DNA from: Chitinophagales bacterium
GTDB lineage: Bacteria; Bacteroidota; Bacteroidia; Chitinophagales; Chitinophagaceae
Length of the DNA: 64,000 bases
NCBI GenBank assembly: GCA_020636575.1
Contig: JACJXP010000001.1
Location: 670,050 to 734,049, forward strand
Direction: 5' to 3'
Both the position numbers and the translations under genes were made by a program. The stretch's first letter is position 1. Every line of letters begins with the position of its first letter. Shown one piece after another: positions 36,861 through 49,305 of the stretch. The notes under the pieces were generated by a model. It worked only from the letters and a program-made list of their open reading frames with translations, was not told the origin of the DNA and ran no database searches.

Positions 36861-39800
36861 TTAAAAGTCAAAGTTGAAACCCAATGAGAATATTCTTGGT
36901 CTTGGATAAATATTGTTATCTACCCCACCATCCCCTGCATTCTCAGGGTCAAGGCCTTTGTATTTAGAGATAACAAATACATTCTGGATGCTTGCACCTA
37001 TACGCATTGATGCTTTGTTTTTGAAAACTTTTCCAACATCATATCCTAAATTGATATTATCCAAACGGAAGAAGGATGCATTCTCAATATAATAGTCAGA
37101 CAAATACTGGTTATTTACAAACCGTGTATCGAGATAGTTCACCGATGCATTACCGATGAAATTGATCGGATTCTTTATGGCCCTCAACACTCCACTATTG
37201 GAGAAATAGTTATTGTACAAATAATTACCTAAAGAAGCATGGCCTGCCAGGCTTAAACTAAATTCTTTGTAGGTCAGCTGTGTATTGAAACCAAGCAATA
37301 CATCAGCAGCGGGTTTTTTATAAATATACCTGTCATCATCATTGATAATTCCATCCCTGTTAATATCCTCATATAAACCTTCAATCGGCTTATCATTATT
37401 ATCATAAATCTGCTTATAGATGAGGTATGAATAAGGTGAATATCCAACAGCATGTATACCCACATAGTTTCCGGTACCACCTGAAATACCACTCACCTGT
37501 TGTCCTTTAAAATTAGGATCGGGGTTCTTTAACAGGTTTGTGATCTCTGCCTCATTATAAGTATAGTTCACTCCAAAATCCCAGGTAAGATCATCTGTTT
37601 TAACAGGTGTTGTATTCAGGTTTACTTCCACACCTTTACTGATCACATTACCTACGTTAGTAGTGATCCTGTTTACAAAGTTGGCACCTGCAGGTACATC
37701 TACTTCAGCCAGCAGGTCCTTTGTTTTTCTATAATAATAATCAACTGTACCACTGATCCTGTTACCAAAGAAACCAAAGTCAAGTCCAATGTTGGAAGTT
37801 GCAGTAGTTTCCCATTTCAAATTAGGATCATACCCTTCCGGACGCAGATAACTTATATATGTGCCTCCAAATAAATACTGAGCAGAATTATTACTCAAAG
37901 AATACCTAGGCAAATAAGAATAGTACCCTATTCCATCCTGCTGACCAGTCTCACCCCATCCTAAACGTAATTTAAGATCAGTCAATATATTAGAAGTTCT
38001 GAAGAAGTCTTCTTTTAATTTCCATGCCAATGCTATTGCAGGAAAGTATCCTACTCTGTCATTTGGATTCAGTTTAGAACTGGCATCACTTCTGATAGAT
38101 GCAGTGATCAAATACTTATTAGCAATTGATAAATTAACCTGAGCCAGGTAAGATTCTAACCTGAAACGAGGGTTATCGTCAGGGAATGTTGGTTCAGAAC
38201 CCTGGATTGTATCTTTCTTAGCCGGAGTATTAGGATCTGCAATAGCCCTGTAACTAAATGAAGGGTAGTTATACACTTTGGTAAGGAAATCCTGATAGCT
38301 ATGCCCTACTAAAACATCAATCTTAGTGTTGATGCTTTTTACATTTTTCTCATACTTAAGGAATACATCAGTGAGGCTATTTATTTTCTTTTGCTCATAG
38401 AATGTTTTCCGTCCCCCTGTTTTGTAATTTGTTGCAGAAACAGAGTCAATATTATCGTTTCCGCTTCCACTCAGGTAATCAAGACCTAAATTCACTTTAA
38501 TATGCAGATCCGGGAAAAAATGAAGTTTATAGTCTACTTCAATATTTCCGAGCACCCTGTTTACTGTAGAAGTATTGTCTCTGAGCATTAATAATCCCAG
38601 GGGATTTCTTGTTGCCAGATCGATCGGCAGGCCGTTGGTTTGAAGCCATTCATAATAACCTCCCCATTCTTTATTTCCCGTAGTTACCGGTTGGGTAGGA
38701 TCAAATGAAACTGCACCTCCATAAGCTCCTCCTTCATCTGCATAAACATACTTGGTCTGGCTTGCTTTTACTGAAAAGTTCACTGCCAGATGGTTGTCCA
38801 GTAATTTTGGAGAAAGATTTATTGCCGTAGAGAACCGCTTGAAATTATCAGTCTTAATAATACCATCCTGGTTCAGGTAACCCAATGAAGCACGGAAAGG
38901 TAAATTACCTAATCCGCCACTTACACTCACGGTATTATCAAACCCAAATGCTGAGCGATATACCTGATCCTGCCAATCGGTATTTGCAGTACCCAATATA
39001 TTCTGGTAAGTAGTAATACCAGTTTCTGCAGCATCTGCATTAATTATATCTCTAACCTGGTTTGCACTTAATACATCAACTGTTTTACCTACAGTTCCAA
39101 CAGAGAATAAATTATTGTAATTGATCTTGAGTTTTCCTTTTACTCCTTTCTTTGTAGTTACGATAAGAACACCGTTTGATGCCCTGGAACCATATAAAGC
39201 TGTTGCGGATGCATCTTTAAGAACTGAAATGGATTCTATATCGTTCGGGTTTATCGTATTAAATACGTTACGGGAACCGGATACTCCATTTCCTTCTACG
39301 GGTACCCCATCGATTACTATCAGCGGATCATTACTTGCATTAAGAGAAGCCCCGCCACGAATACGGATACGGCTTCCGCCACCAGCAGCGCCACCACCTG
39401 TAGTGATCTGCAGACCGGCAGCTTTACCCTGTAATAGTTGTTCGGCTGAGTTAATGTTTCCCTTTTGGAAATCTTTTGATGTTATAGCAGTAACCGATCC
39501 GGTAAGATCGCCTCTTCTTCTTGTGCCATAGGATACAACCACCACTTCACCCAAGGAAGCGTTGGATAATACCATGACCACATCAACCGAGGTCCTGCCG
39601 TTAAGAGTTACTTCCTGTGTATTGTAACCCACAAAAGAAAATACCAGCACAGTTACACTTTCCGGAACACTAAAAGAATAGGTTCCATCCCCTTGCGACT
39701 GAGTAGCGATGGTACTTCCTTTAGCAGAAATAGTAACCCCTGCCAATGAAGATCCATCCTTTGAATCAGTAAGTTTTCCTGTGATTACCTTGTTTTGTGC

Positions 39801-39869
39801 AAAAGAGACATGCACCACGAATGACAGCATCAGAACTGAGGCTGCCTTCAAAAAAGCTTTGAAAGACAT
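36861..39869 (-). CDS. susC: SusC/RagA TonB-dependent transporter
   Basis: CarboxypepD-like N-domain, PLIVIDGVP, DIESISVLKDASATALYGSRASNGV, LKWETT, C-terminal YPRPR...GFNFDF. Confidence 0.97.
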   Translation of the reverse strand: MSFKAFLKAASVLMLSFVVHVSFAQNKVITGKLTDSKDGSSLAGVTISAKGSTIATQSQGDGTYSFSVPESVTVLVFSFVGYNTQEVTLNGRTSVDVVMVLSNASLGEVVVVSYGTRRRGDLTGSVTAITSKDFQKGNINSAEQLLQGKAAGLQITTGGGAAGGGSRIRIRGGASLNASNDPLIVIDGVPVEGNGVSGSRNVFNTINPNDIESISVLKDASATALYGSRASNGVLIVTTKKGVKGKLKINYNNLFSVGTVGKTVDVLSANQVRDIINADAAETGITTYQNILGTANTDWQDQVYRSAFGFDNTVSVSGGLGNLPFRASLGYLNQDGIIKTDNFKRFSTAINLSPKLLDNHLAVNFSVKASQTKYVYADEGGAYGGAVSFDPTQPVTTGNKEWGGYYEWLQTNGLPIDLATRNPLGLLMLRDNTSTVNRVLGNIEVDYKLHFFPDLHIKVNLGLDYLSGSGNDNIDSVSATNYKTGGRKTFYEQKKINSLTDVFLKYEKNVKSINTKIDVLVGHSYQDFLTKVYNYPSFSYRAIADPNTPAKKDTIQGSEPTFPDDNPRFRLESYLAQVNLSIANKYLITASIRSDASSKLNPNDRVGYFPAIALAWKLKEDFFRTSNILTDLKLRLGWGETGQQDGIGYYSYLPRYSLSNNSAQYLFGGTYISYLRPEGYDPNLKWETTATSNIGLDFGFFGNRISGTVDYYYRKTKDLLAEVDVPAGANFVNRITTNVGNVISKGVEVNLNTTPVKTDDLTWDFGVNYTYNEAEITNLLKNPDPNFKGQQVSGISGGTGNYVGIHAVGYSPYSYLIYKQIYDNNDKPIEGLYEDINRDGIINDDDRYIYKKPAADVLLGFNTQLTYKEFSLSLAGHASLGNYLYNNYFSNSGVLRAIKNPINFIGNASVNYLDTRFVNNQYLSDYYIENASFFRLDNINLGYDVGKVFKNKASMRIGASIQNVFVISKYKGLDPENAGDGGVDNNIYPRPRIFSLGFNFDF

Positions 39870-39910
39870 AAGCAATCGTTAAGCGTTAGCAAATAGTTTA
39901 AGAAATACAA

Positions 39911-39931
39911 ATTGTGTATTTCGTACACAAT
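39911..39931. promoter_or_regulatory. NrtR/AraR-type palindromic operator upstream of susC
   Basis: ATTGTGTA-TTTCG-TACACAAT, i.e. GTGT-N7-ACAC, which contains the NrtR-family GT-N7-AC core. Confidence 0.65.
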
Positions 39932-40152
39932 GTTAAAAATTTTTAACAACTTTAAAAAAAATTATTTTTTGTTTTTCAAAATTGTCTCCTATTTACGTCT
40001 GCTCTTAACTTGTAATATATAATCTAACTAATTGTTTTACAGTAATTAACATATATCAACTGTTTTTGGTCAGGAGATTTTCGGAGTCAATAGTTTATTT
40101 TGCAATTTTTCAAGCATTCCTTACAATTTCATCCCAATTGAAACATCCGATT

Positions 40153-41511
40153 ATGCGACGCATTATTATATTCTTACCCGTAACCCTTTTACTGATTACA
40201 GCCTGCAACAAAAAAGAAAACTACAAGGATGTTATCCATAACCCGGAACTATATTCGGATGTTGTACATGAGCTAAATACTGTAGTGATGGGGAACAACT
40301 TTAGCCCCATTGTTGCTTCACGAAATTATATGTACGCATCTGTTGCAGCGTACGAAGTAATTGCCGCAGGTTACCCGGATATGTATGAATCACTCGCCGG
40401 CCAGTTGCATGAACTCAACGCTAACAGCATTCCCAGGCCAGATACTACAAAGAAGATAGACTTTGAAATGGCTGCCATTATTGCCTTTTCCCGATTGGGA
40501 GAAGCTGTTACATTCCCGAAAGGCAGTATGTCATATTATATTGACAGCATTAAAGCATTGGCAAAAGATCATGGAATGACAGAATCCATGCTAAAAAATA
40601 GTATTGAATACGCCGATGCAGTTTCTGCAGTTATCCTTGACTGGAGTAAAACCGATCTTTATAAAGAAACAAGAACATATCCTAAGTATAATGTCAGAGA
40701 TGAGCCTGGCAGATGGGTTCCCACTCCTCCTGCTTATACTCCGGCCATGGAACCACATTGGAATAAAATAAGGCCTTTAGTACTGGATAGTGCCGATCAG
40801 TTTACACCACCCCCTCCTCCAACATACGATCTAAATAATAAAAAAGGGAAATACTATCAAGAAGTTATGTTAATCAAAAATGCGATTGATTCTCTTACAA
40901 AAGAGCAAAAACATATAGCTGACTTCTGGGACGACAATCCATTTAAACTGAATGTAAGTGGTCATATCATGTTTGGTACTAAGAAATTCTCTCCCCCGGG
41001 TCATTGGATGAGTATTGCAGGTATCGCCGCTAAAAAAGCAAATTTTGATTTCCCCGCTACGGTTTATGCATATGCATTGCTGGCTATCACTCAATTTGAC
41101 GCTTTTATTCACTGCTGGGACGAAAAATACAGGAGTAATTATGCCCGACCAGAAACAGTAATCAATAAATATATAGACCCTGACTGGTCTCCCTATCTTC
41201 AAACACCCCCATTCCCCGAATATACATGCGGTCATTCAACAGTATCAGCTGCAAATGCAGAAGCATTAACTTATGCACTGGGAGACAATTTCGCCTATAC
41301 AGATACTTCTGAATTAGAATTTGGAATTGCGAGCAGGTCATATAAATCCTTCAGGGATGCTGCTGTCGAAAACAACTGGGCCCGTTTTTATGGTGGTATC
41401 CATTTTCACAACTCATGCATCATAAGTACTGAATATGGTAAAAAAGTCGGGGATTTTATTATAACCAAATTGAAAATGCGGAAAAAAGCCGGACATTTAT
41501 CCGACAATTGA
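40153..41511 (+). CDS. Vanadium-dependent haloperoxidase / PAP2-superfamily lipoprotein
   Basis: Lipobox LITAC from MRRII. KYRSNYARP, PPFPEYTCGHS, ARFYGGIHF. Confidence 0.85.
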   Translation: MRRIIIFLPVTLLLITACNKKENYKDVIHNPELYSDVVHELNTVVMGNNFSPIVASRNYMYASVAAYEVIAAGYPDMYESLAGQLHELNANSIPRPDTTKKIDFEMAAIIAFSRLGEAVTFPKGSMSYYIDSIKALAKDHGMTESMLKNSIEYADAVSAVILDWSKTDLYKETRTYPKYNVRDEPGRWVPTPPAYTPAMEPHWNKIRPLVLDSADQFTPPPPPTYDLNNKKGKYYQEVMLIKNAIDSLTKEQKHIADFWDDNPFKLNVSGHIMFGTKKFSPPGHWMSIAGIAAKKANFDFPATVYAYALLAITQFDAFIHCWDEKYRSNYARPETVINKYIDPDWSPYLQTPPFPEYTCGHSTVSAANAEALTYALGDNFAYTDTSELEFGIASRSYKSFRDAAVENNWARFYGGIHFHNSCIISTEYGKKVGDFIITKLKMRKKAGHLSDN

Positions 41512-41522
41512 AACAAGACCAA

Positions 41523-42620
41523 ATGAAAGTTTTTCTTTCCGCTATTATTTGCCTGACGCTGTCAGCAACAAGCAGTAAGTTATTTTCTCAAGGATGTGTG
41601 GCAGTAAGAGGTTCCGGCGGTTCCTGTATGCTTCAGAATGAAACCCAATCCAAAGGATGGCAGTTTGCTACTTCTTCCAGGTACTTTCGTTCATACAAAC
41701 ACTTTCGTGGTAAACATGAAGAAAAAAACCGTGTAGAGGAAAATACCGAAGTAATCAATCATCAGTTTACGTTGGACCTCCTGGTATCCCGAAATTTTAA
41801 TAACAGGTTCTCTATTGCTGCAGGATTTCCTGTTATTTCCAATACCCGATCATCGAAATATGAGCATTATGGCAACAGCAGTTCAGATCCCAATGCAAGG
41901 CATACTACTAAAGCCTTTGGAATGGGTGACCTGAGAGTTACAGGTTACTACTGGTTGATTGATCCCAAAAAATCACACAAAGGAAATATTCAGGCCGGAC
42001 TGGGAATAAAACTTCCTACAGGAGATTATAAAGTAATGGACCATTTTTATAAAAGTGATGGTAGTATTCTGTTAGGACCTGTGGACCAGTCTATTCAGTT
42101 GGGCGATGGCGGAACAGGTTTTATTACTGAGCTGAATGCATTTTATAATCCTGGAATGAAAACCAGTATTTATGCTAATTTCTTTTACCTCATAAACCCC
42201 AGGGAACATAATGGAGTATCTACTGCCAGGGGAGGAACAAGTTCCACTTCATCAATTCAGAATGGTAGTGATGTAATGAGTGTGCCCGACCAATACATGA
42301 TAAGAGCCGGCCTCAGCTATTCGCCAGGTCATAAAAGTACTTTGTCAATTGGTTTAAGGGAAGAATGCATTCCTGTAAGAGATCTTGTTGGAGGCAGTAA
42401 CGGTTTCAGAAGACCGGGCTATATTATTTCACTTGAACCATCATTTGCATTTCACTTCAAAAGATCTTCTGCTTTTATCTCGGTACCTGTAGCCCTTGTC
42501 AGAAATCGTACACAAAGTGTTCCTGACAAAATAAGAACAGATCTTACCGGGAACTATACACAAGGAGATGCTGCATTTGCTGATTACCTGATAAGTGCCG
42601 GATTTAGCATCAAGCTTTAA
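41523..42620 (+). CDS. Outer-membrane beta-barrel channel (MetA-pathway/phenol-degradation-like)
   Basis: Signal peptide, QGCVAVRG..SC, GMGDL, GIKLPTGDY, SIQLGDGG, C-terminal ISAGFSIKL. Confidence 0.65.
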   Translation: MKVFLSAIICLTLSATSSKLFSQGCVAVRGSGGSCMLQNETQSKGWQFATSSRYFRSYKHFRGKHEEKNRVEENTEVINHQFTLDLLVSRNFNNRFSIAAGFPVISNTRSSKYEHYGNSSSDPNARHTTKAFGMGDLRVTGYYWLIDPKKSHKGNIQAGLGIKLPTGDYKVMDHFYKSDGSILLGPVDQSIQLGDGGTGFITELNAFYNPGMKTSIYANFFYLINPREHNGVSTARGGTSSTSSIQNGSDVMSVPDQYMIRAGLSYSPGHKSTLSIGLREECIPVRDLVGGSNGFRRPGYIISLEPSFAFHFKRSSAFISVPVALVRNRTQSVPDKIRTDLTGNYTQGDAAFADYLISAGFSIKL

Positions 42621-42676
42621 ATACTTTATTCATTGTTTATAGGTAAAAAGGATGTCGTGCTATATTTAAAATCTGA

Positions 42677-43369
42677 TTAAGTTTTCAGCTTTGATTTTAA
42701 AGTGTACAGCTTGCCGGGGCGATGCGAAAGATTTTTCTCCATTTCATTGAGATCTTTTAGCCAACCCTTTAAAGATATCTTCTTTCTGAAATTTCTGCGA
42801 TCTAACTCTACTCCTAAAATGGCTTCATATAATTCCTGCAATTGACGCAGCGAAAATTTTTCGGGGAGAAGATTGAATACGATAGGATGGTCTTCAATGC
42901 GTTCCCTTAACTGTTTGAGGCATGTCTCAAGTATAAGACTATGGTCAAATGCCAGCTTTCCCAGTTCGTTTATTGAATGCCAGTTCAGTTCGTTATGACT
43001 TAACTGAAGTTTATGATGACCTATATCGATCAATGAATAATAAGCAATGGTGATTACACGGCCAGATGGGTGACGGTTGATACTACCGAATGCATGGACC
43101 TGCTCCAGGTAAACATCATCCAAACCTGTTCTTTCTTTTAAAACCCTGTATGAGGCTGCATCCAGATCTTCGCCGGGGCGGATCAGATCACCCAATAACG
43201 AATACATTCCCTCGAATTCTTTTAAATCCGACTTGATCAATAATACTTTTAATTCTTTATCCTCATATCCGAATATTACGCAGTCAACAGATATCGCAAT
43301 ATTGAAATAATCTATATGGCTGATCTTCTCGGTTTCAGCCGTTTTAAGTAACAAGTCTTTTTCCGCCAT
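42677..43369 (-). CDS. NrtR/AraR-family regulator (Nudix + winged helix)
   Basis: SVDCVIFG, degenerate Nudix box (GEDLDAASYRVLKERTGL), LAFDH, FSLRQLQELYE, DRRNFRKK, RPGKLY. Confidence 0.92.
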   Translation of the reverse strand: MAEKDLLLKTAETEKISHIDYFNIAISVDCVIFGYEDKELKVLLIKSDLKEFEGMYSLLGDLIRPGEDLDAASYRVLKERTGLDDVYLEQVHAFGSINRHPSGRVITIAYYSLIDIGHHKLQLSHNELNWHSINELGKLAFDHSLILETCLKQLRERIEDHPIVFNLLPEKFSLRQLQELYEAILGVELDRRNFRKKISLKGWLKDLNEMEKNLSHRPGKLYTLKSKLKT

Positions 43370-43388
43370 GGCAAACCAGTTTTTAAAT

Positions 43389-46298
43389 TTACTGTATCAT
43401 CAGTTTTACAGATCGGATGGCATTGGATGTTTGTATCTTAATTATATAGGTTCCGGCCGGCAAATGTCGAATTTTATCCGACAACTCCATTATATGATTA
43501 CCTTTTGTCAGCGTACCTGAGAATATTCTTTGCACGGGTTGTCCTGCACTATTTATTAATGATATATCTGCTTTTCCTGTTCCCGGCATATTGATCTCAA
43601 GAACAGATCCCTCATTGACAGGATTAGGATAAACCACAGCAAGTAACTTGTCTTCTTGCCCGGGAAGATCCAGGACAGGAGTAACTGCAATATTATTTAC
43701 ATTTCGATTAAGGTATACCCTATACTCCCCAGGTTGTAAAGTAATGTTTTGTGCACTTCCTGTAGCGCTGAATGTGACATCCTTAAAATAATCATACCAT
43801 ACCCCTGCTGAAGGGAAAGTGATCGTTGTAGACTGCACATTCACATCAAAGTTGCCAATAACAACAAGCATGGAAGAATCAGACGCACTACGTATGATCA
43901 TATTCTTGATACCACCAGAAAGATTCCTGGTCAATGAAATATTGTTTGCAATAAACAGATCTTTATACCAGGGATGAAAACGGAGCTTGTTCATTTTACT
44001 AAAAACATCGTGTAATGTTTTACGTTGAGACACCTGGAGATAACTCCAGAGGATAGGTTTTTTGTCTAACCTGCAGTTATTATCAATAGTACCGTTCTCG
44101 CAGCGATTGATTGACTGATCATAGCCCATCTCACCAAACTCCCATATCATCTTGGGGCCCGGTGCTGATAAAAAGAATGATGCGCATAATTCAATCCTCG
44201 TTAATGCCGTATTAAGATCTCTCGTATTATGAGACGGGTTTGAAGTATTTCCAAAATTCAGATTACGATACATCATTCTTTCCTCATCATGGCTTTCCAT
44301 ATAACCAACAAGGTGAGGTTTTGACCACCCTCGGACTGTATGCAGGTAACTTTCAAAATTGGAAGTATTTACCCAACCCATAGATGCTTCCGAGAAATTA
44401 TAATTGGCATTACCCCATAGCATCATTCCATAATCAGAGAGTTCAGACTCTTCCGTGTTATCAGCAAAATGTTCGAGTATCAAATAACTTCCTGCTGATT
44501 TTGCCTGGCAGGTATCATAATATCCTTTTAAAATAGCCACCCTGTCTGCATGATACTGTGCTATACAGGCTTCGTTCGTTTGACTGGCGCCACATTGAGT
44601 ATTTTGTGTAAGACCTTTCGAAAGGTCAAAACGATAACCATCCAATTTATACTCCTGTAACCAATGTCCCAATATACGGCCAGAAAAATATTTGGTAGCA
44701 GCGCTTTCATGATTAAAATCATTGAAAACACTATAAGGATGAGTGGCGGTAACATTTAACCAGGGATTATTAGCTGCTGGCTGATTAGTAGCGCTGTTCC
44801 AGTATAATGCAGCCAAAGGGTTAAGTCCTGTTGTATGATTAAGTACAATATCCATGATGACTGCAATCCCTTTACTATGGCAGGAATCAACAAACTCTTT
44901 TAATGAATTTTTAGGGCCATAATATTTATCAGGGGCAAAAAAGAAATCCGGGTTATATCCCCAGCTTTCATTTCCTTCAAATTCATTGAAAGGCATTATT
45001 TCGATAGCATTTATACCTAAGTTCTTGAGATAATTAAGGGTATCCTTTAATGTTTTCCAGTCATGCGCTGCGAGGTAATCTCGTAATAGCAATTCATAAA
45101 TAACAAGATTGCGTTTATCAGGGCGGTTGAAACTATTTATTGCCCAGGAGTAAGCCGGTGCTGCAGTCTGCAGCACACTTACTATTCCCGATGTTGATCC
45201 CGTTGGATATGGTTTCAGATTGGGATAAGTTACTGAAGTAATGAATCCATCATTCCAGGGATCTAATACTTTTTCACAATAAGGTTCTCCCACTTTCAGG
45301 ATTCCATCAACCAGGTATTGGAAGCCATATTCGGTACCGGGAGTTAAACCGGTAATGCGTAACCACCAGCGATTGCCATCTGGTGTTTTGTTCATTACAT
45401 AATTATTCTGCTCCATCCAGTTACTTCCGGGAAATTCGCCGATCACAGATACCCTGTTCTTTCCCGGGGCATACAAAACAAGGATAACTGATGTATCTCC
45501 CTGTTCGTAATTGATACCATCTCTTACGCCGGAAGGAAGGGGTAAAACAGGAGGAGTAATACCAATAAAAAATTGAAGAGTGTCCCGTTTTACAGACGAA
45601 CCATTGTCGGCTTCTGCAATGATCATTTGGTTACCTCCCGTAGTTAAAACAGGATTTGCAGATATAGAGGTAGCTGCACTCGCCGATTGGATCTCGGTCC
45701 CATTCAAAAACAATTTCATTGTCGATGACTGGCTTGCCACAGCCGTGAGAGCAATATTATCTCCGATAGATTTTGTGATGGTTTCAGGGATTCTGTGATA
45801 ATAAGGTTGATAAGGTGGTAAATCAAAACGAACAGATAACCCATTGTCATAAACCGGTACATACATATTGCCATTGTACACACTTACATCAGCATTTCTT
45901 TGAACCAGATTACCGGAAGCATCTCTAAAGAGTATAGCTATTGCTTTTATTACTTCACTTCCATTAGTTACATTAAAAAAACTCCTGATATTGTTAATAG
46001 TATATGACCATTTATTGGTTCCGGCTGGTGCTGCCTGTCCATTTGCTGGCGTTGTACCCCATGTAAACAAAACATATTTCCAATCTCCTTCATTAGTACT
46101 TGCACTTGTTATCAAACCAATATGCACATACACATTTCCCGAATACCCCAGAAGCCCCTGGTTACCTTTTGTGGCATCCATAGTAATGGTAATGTTGTCA
46201 TTATCTTTTGCAAAATCAGGAGCCCAGGTAAGAAGTTGGGCATTAACTATTGAATGCAGTGCAAATAACAACACTGCTACTGAAAAAAGTTTTCGCAT
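43389..46298 (-). CDS. GH13 alpha-amylase-family enzyme with CBM48-like module and T9SS type-A CTD
   Basis: VIYELL, WGYNP, DIVLNH, DGYRFDLSKG, ILEHF, ESHDEER. C-terminal VYPNP...AGTYIIKI...KLMIQ. Confidence 0.9.
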   Translation of the reverse strand: MRKLFSVAVLLFALHSIVNAQLLTWAPDFAKDNDNITITMDATKGNQGLLGYSGNVYVHIGLITSASTNEGDWKYVLFTWGTTPANGQAAPAGTNKWSYTINNIRSFFNVTNGSEVIKAIAILFRDASGNLVQRNADVSVYNGNMYVPVYDNGLSVRFDLPPYQPYYHRIPETITKSIGDNIALTAVASQSSTMKLFLNGTEIQSASAATSISANPVLTTGGNQMIIAEADNGSSVKRDTLQFFIGITPPVLPLPSGVRDGINYEQGDTSVILVLYAPGKNRVSVIGEFPGSNWMEQNNYVMNKTPDGNRWWLRITGLTPGTEYGFQYLVDGILKVGEPYCEKVLDPWNDGFITSVTYPNLKPYPTGSTSGIVSVLQTAAPAYSWAINSFNRPDKRNLVIYELLLRDYLAAHDWKTLKDTLNYLKNLGINAIEIMPFNEFEGNESWGYNPDFFFAPDKYYGPKNSLKEFVDSCHSKGIAVIMDIVLNHTTGLNPLAALYWNSATNQPAANNPWLNVTATHPYSVFNDFNHESAATKYFSGRILGHWLQEYKLDGYRFDLSKGLTQNTQCGASQTNEACIAQYHADRVAILKGYYDTCQAKSAGSYLILEHFADNTEESELSDYGMMLWGNANYNFSEASMGWVNTSNFESYLHTVRGWSKPHLVGYMESHDEERMMYRNLNFGNTSNPSHNTRDLNTALTRIELCASFFLSAPGPKMIWEFGEMGYDQSINRCENGTIDNNCRLDKKPILWSYLQVSQRKTLHDVFSKMNKLRFHPWYKDLFIANNISLTRNLSGGIKNMIIRSASDSSMLVVIGNFDVNVQSTTITFPSAGVWYDYFKDVTFSATGSAQNITLQPGEYRVYLNRNVNNIAVTPVLDLPGQEDKLLAVVYPNPVNEGSVLEINMPGTGKADISLINSAGQPVQRIFSGTLTKGNHIMELSDKIRHLPAGTYIIKIQTSNAIRSVKLMIQ

Positions 46299-46421
46299 AA
46301 CAAGCATTTTCACTTCAAAATCGTTAGCATTGTTTCATTACCCTTTTCCGGGAAATGGATACCGAAGATAATAAATATGTACCAACGACACATTAATTTA
46401 TATTTTTCCCCGCTTTCCTAA

Positions 46422-48560
<2,139 letters not shown>

Positions 48561-48677
48561 CATGGTCATACTATTGTTTTTTTTAACTTAGCAATGAACC
48601 ACGCAACGGCTCTGATAACTACAGCGTGTCATCAATTATTTTATTGCACTTGAAAGTTCGTTCTAAAATTGTCCGTT

Positions 48678-49238
48678 ATGATCAAAAAATCAACCGGCGA
48701 AGTTTGGAAGCCATTAATTTTTTCGGGTTGGAAACAACTCAGAAACAGATATGCAGTTTCATCCTCAGGAAGAATTGCCAGTTATAAAAAAGATGTACTA
48801 AAGGATGGGAAACTCCTGGAAGGTTCGTTAACCACCGGTTACCGAACTCTAAACCTTCATCGTCCTGACAATAAAGGCACCTTATACATTCATAGAGAAC
48901 TGGCAAAAATATTTTTAAAAAAGCCTTCACCTAAACACAAATATGTCATTCACCTGAATCATGACAAACTGGATAACAAGGTGAAAAACCTTCGTTGGGC
49001 CACCCTAGAACAAATGATCAGTCATCAGCAAAAAAGTCCGGCTAAGATTGCATACAAAGAAAAACAGGCTACCCGTACTAAAGGACTTAAACTCTCTGCT
49101 GCACAGGTTAAAAAGATAAAATCCATCTTAAACAGTAAAAACAGAAAACTCACCATTCGCCAGCTAGCTGAAAAGTATGGCGTTAGTGAAATGACGATGT
49201 ACCGGATCAAAAGTGGTGAGAACTGGGGACGAGTATAG
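48678..49238 (+). CDS. NUMOD4 + HNH-like + C-terminal HTH protein
   Basis: EVWKPL...YAVSSSGRI (NUMOD4), IHRELA..F...IHLNHDKLDNKVKNLRWAT (HNH-like), LTIRQLAEKYGVSEMTMYRIKSGENW (HTH). Confidence 0.8.
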   Translation: MIKKSTGEVWKPLIFSGWKQLRNRYAVSSSGRIASYKKDVLKDGKLLEGSLTTGYRTLNLHRPDNKGTLYIHRELAKIFLKKPSPKHKYVIHLNHDKLDNKVKNLRWATLEQMISHQQKSPAKIAYKEKQATRTKGLKLSAAQVKKIKSILNSKNRKLTIRQLAEKYGVSEMTMYRIKSGENWGRV

Positions 49239-49305
49239 AGCCTGCCTAAAGAAAGAAGACCTTTAACTTTATTCCAAATTAAATCACTATAACAATTGTG
49301 GTTAT

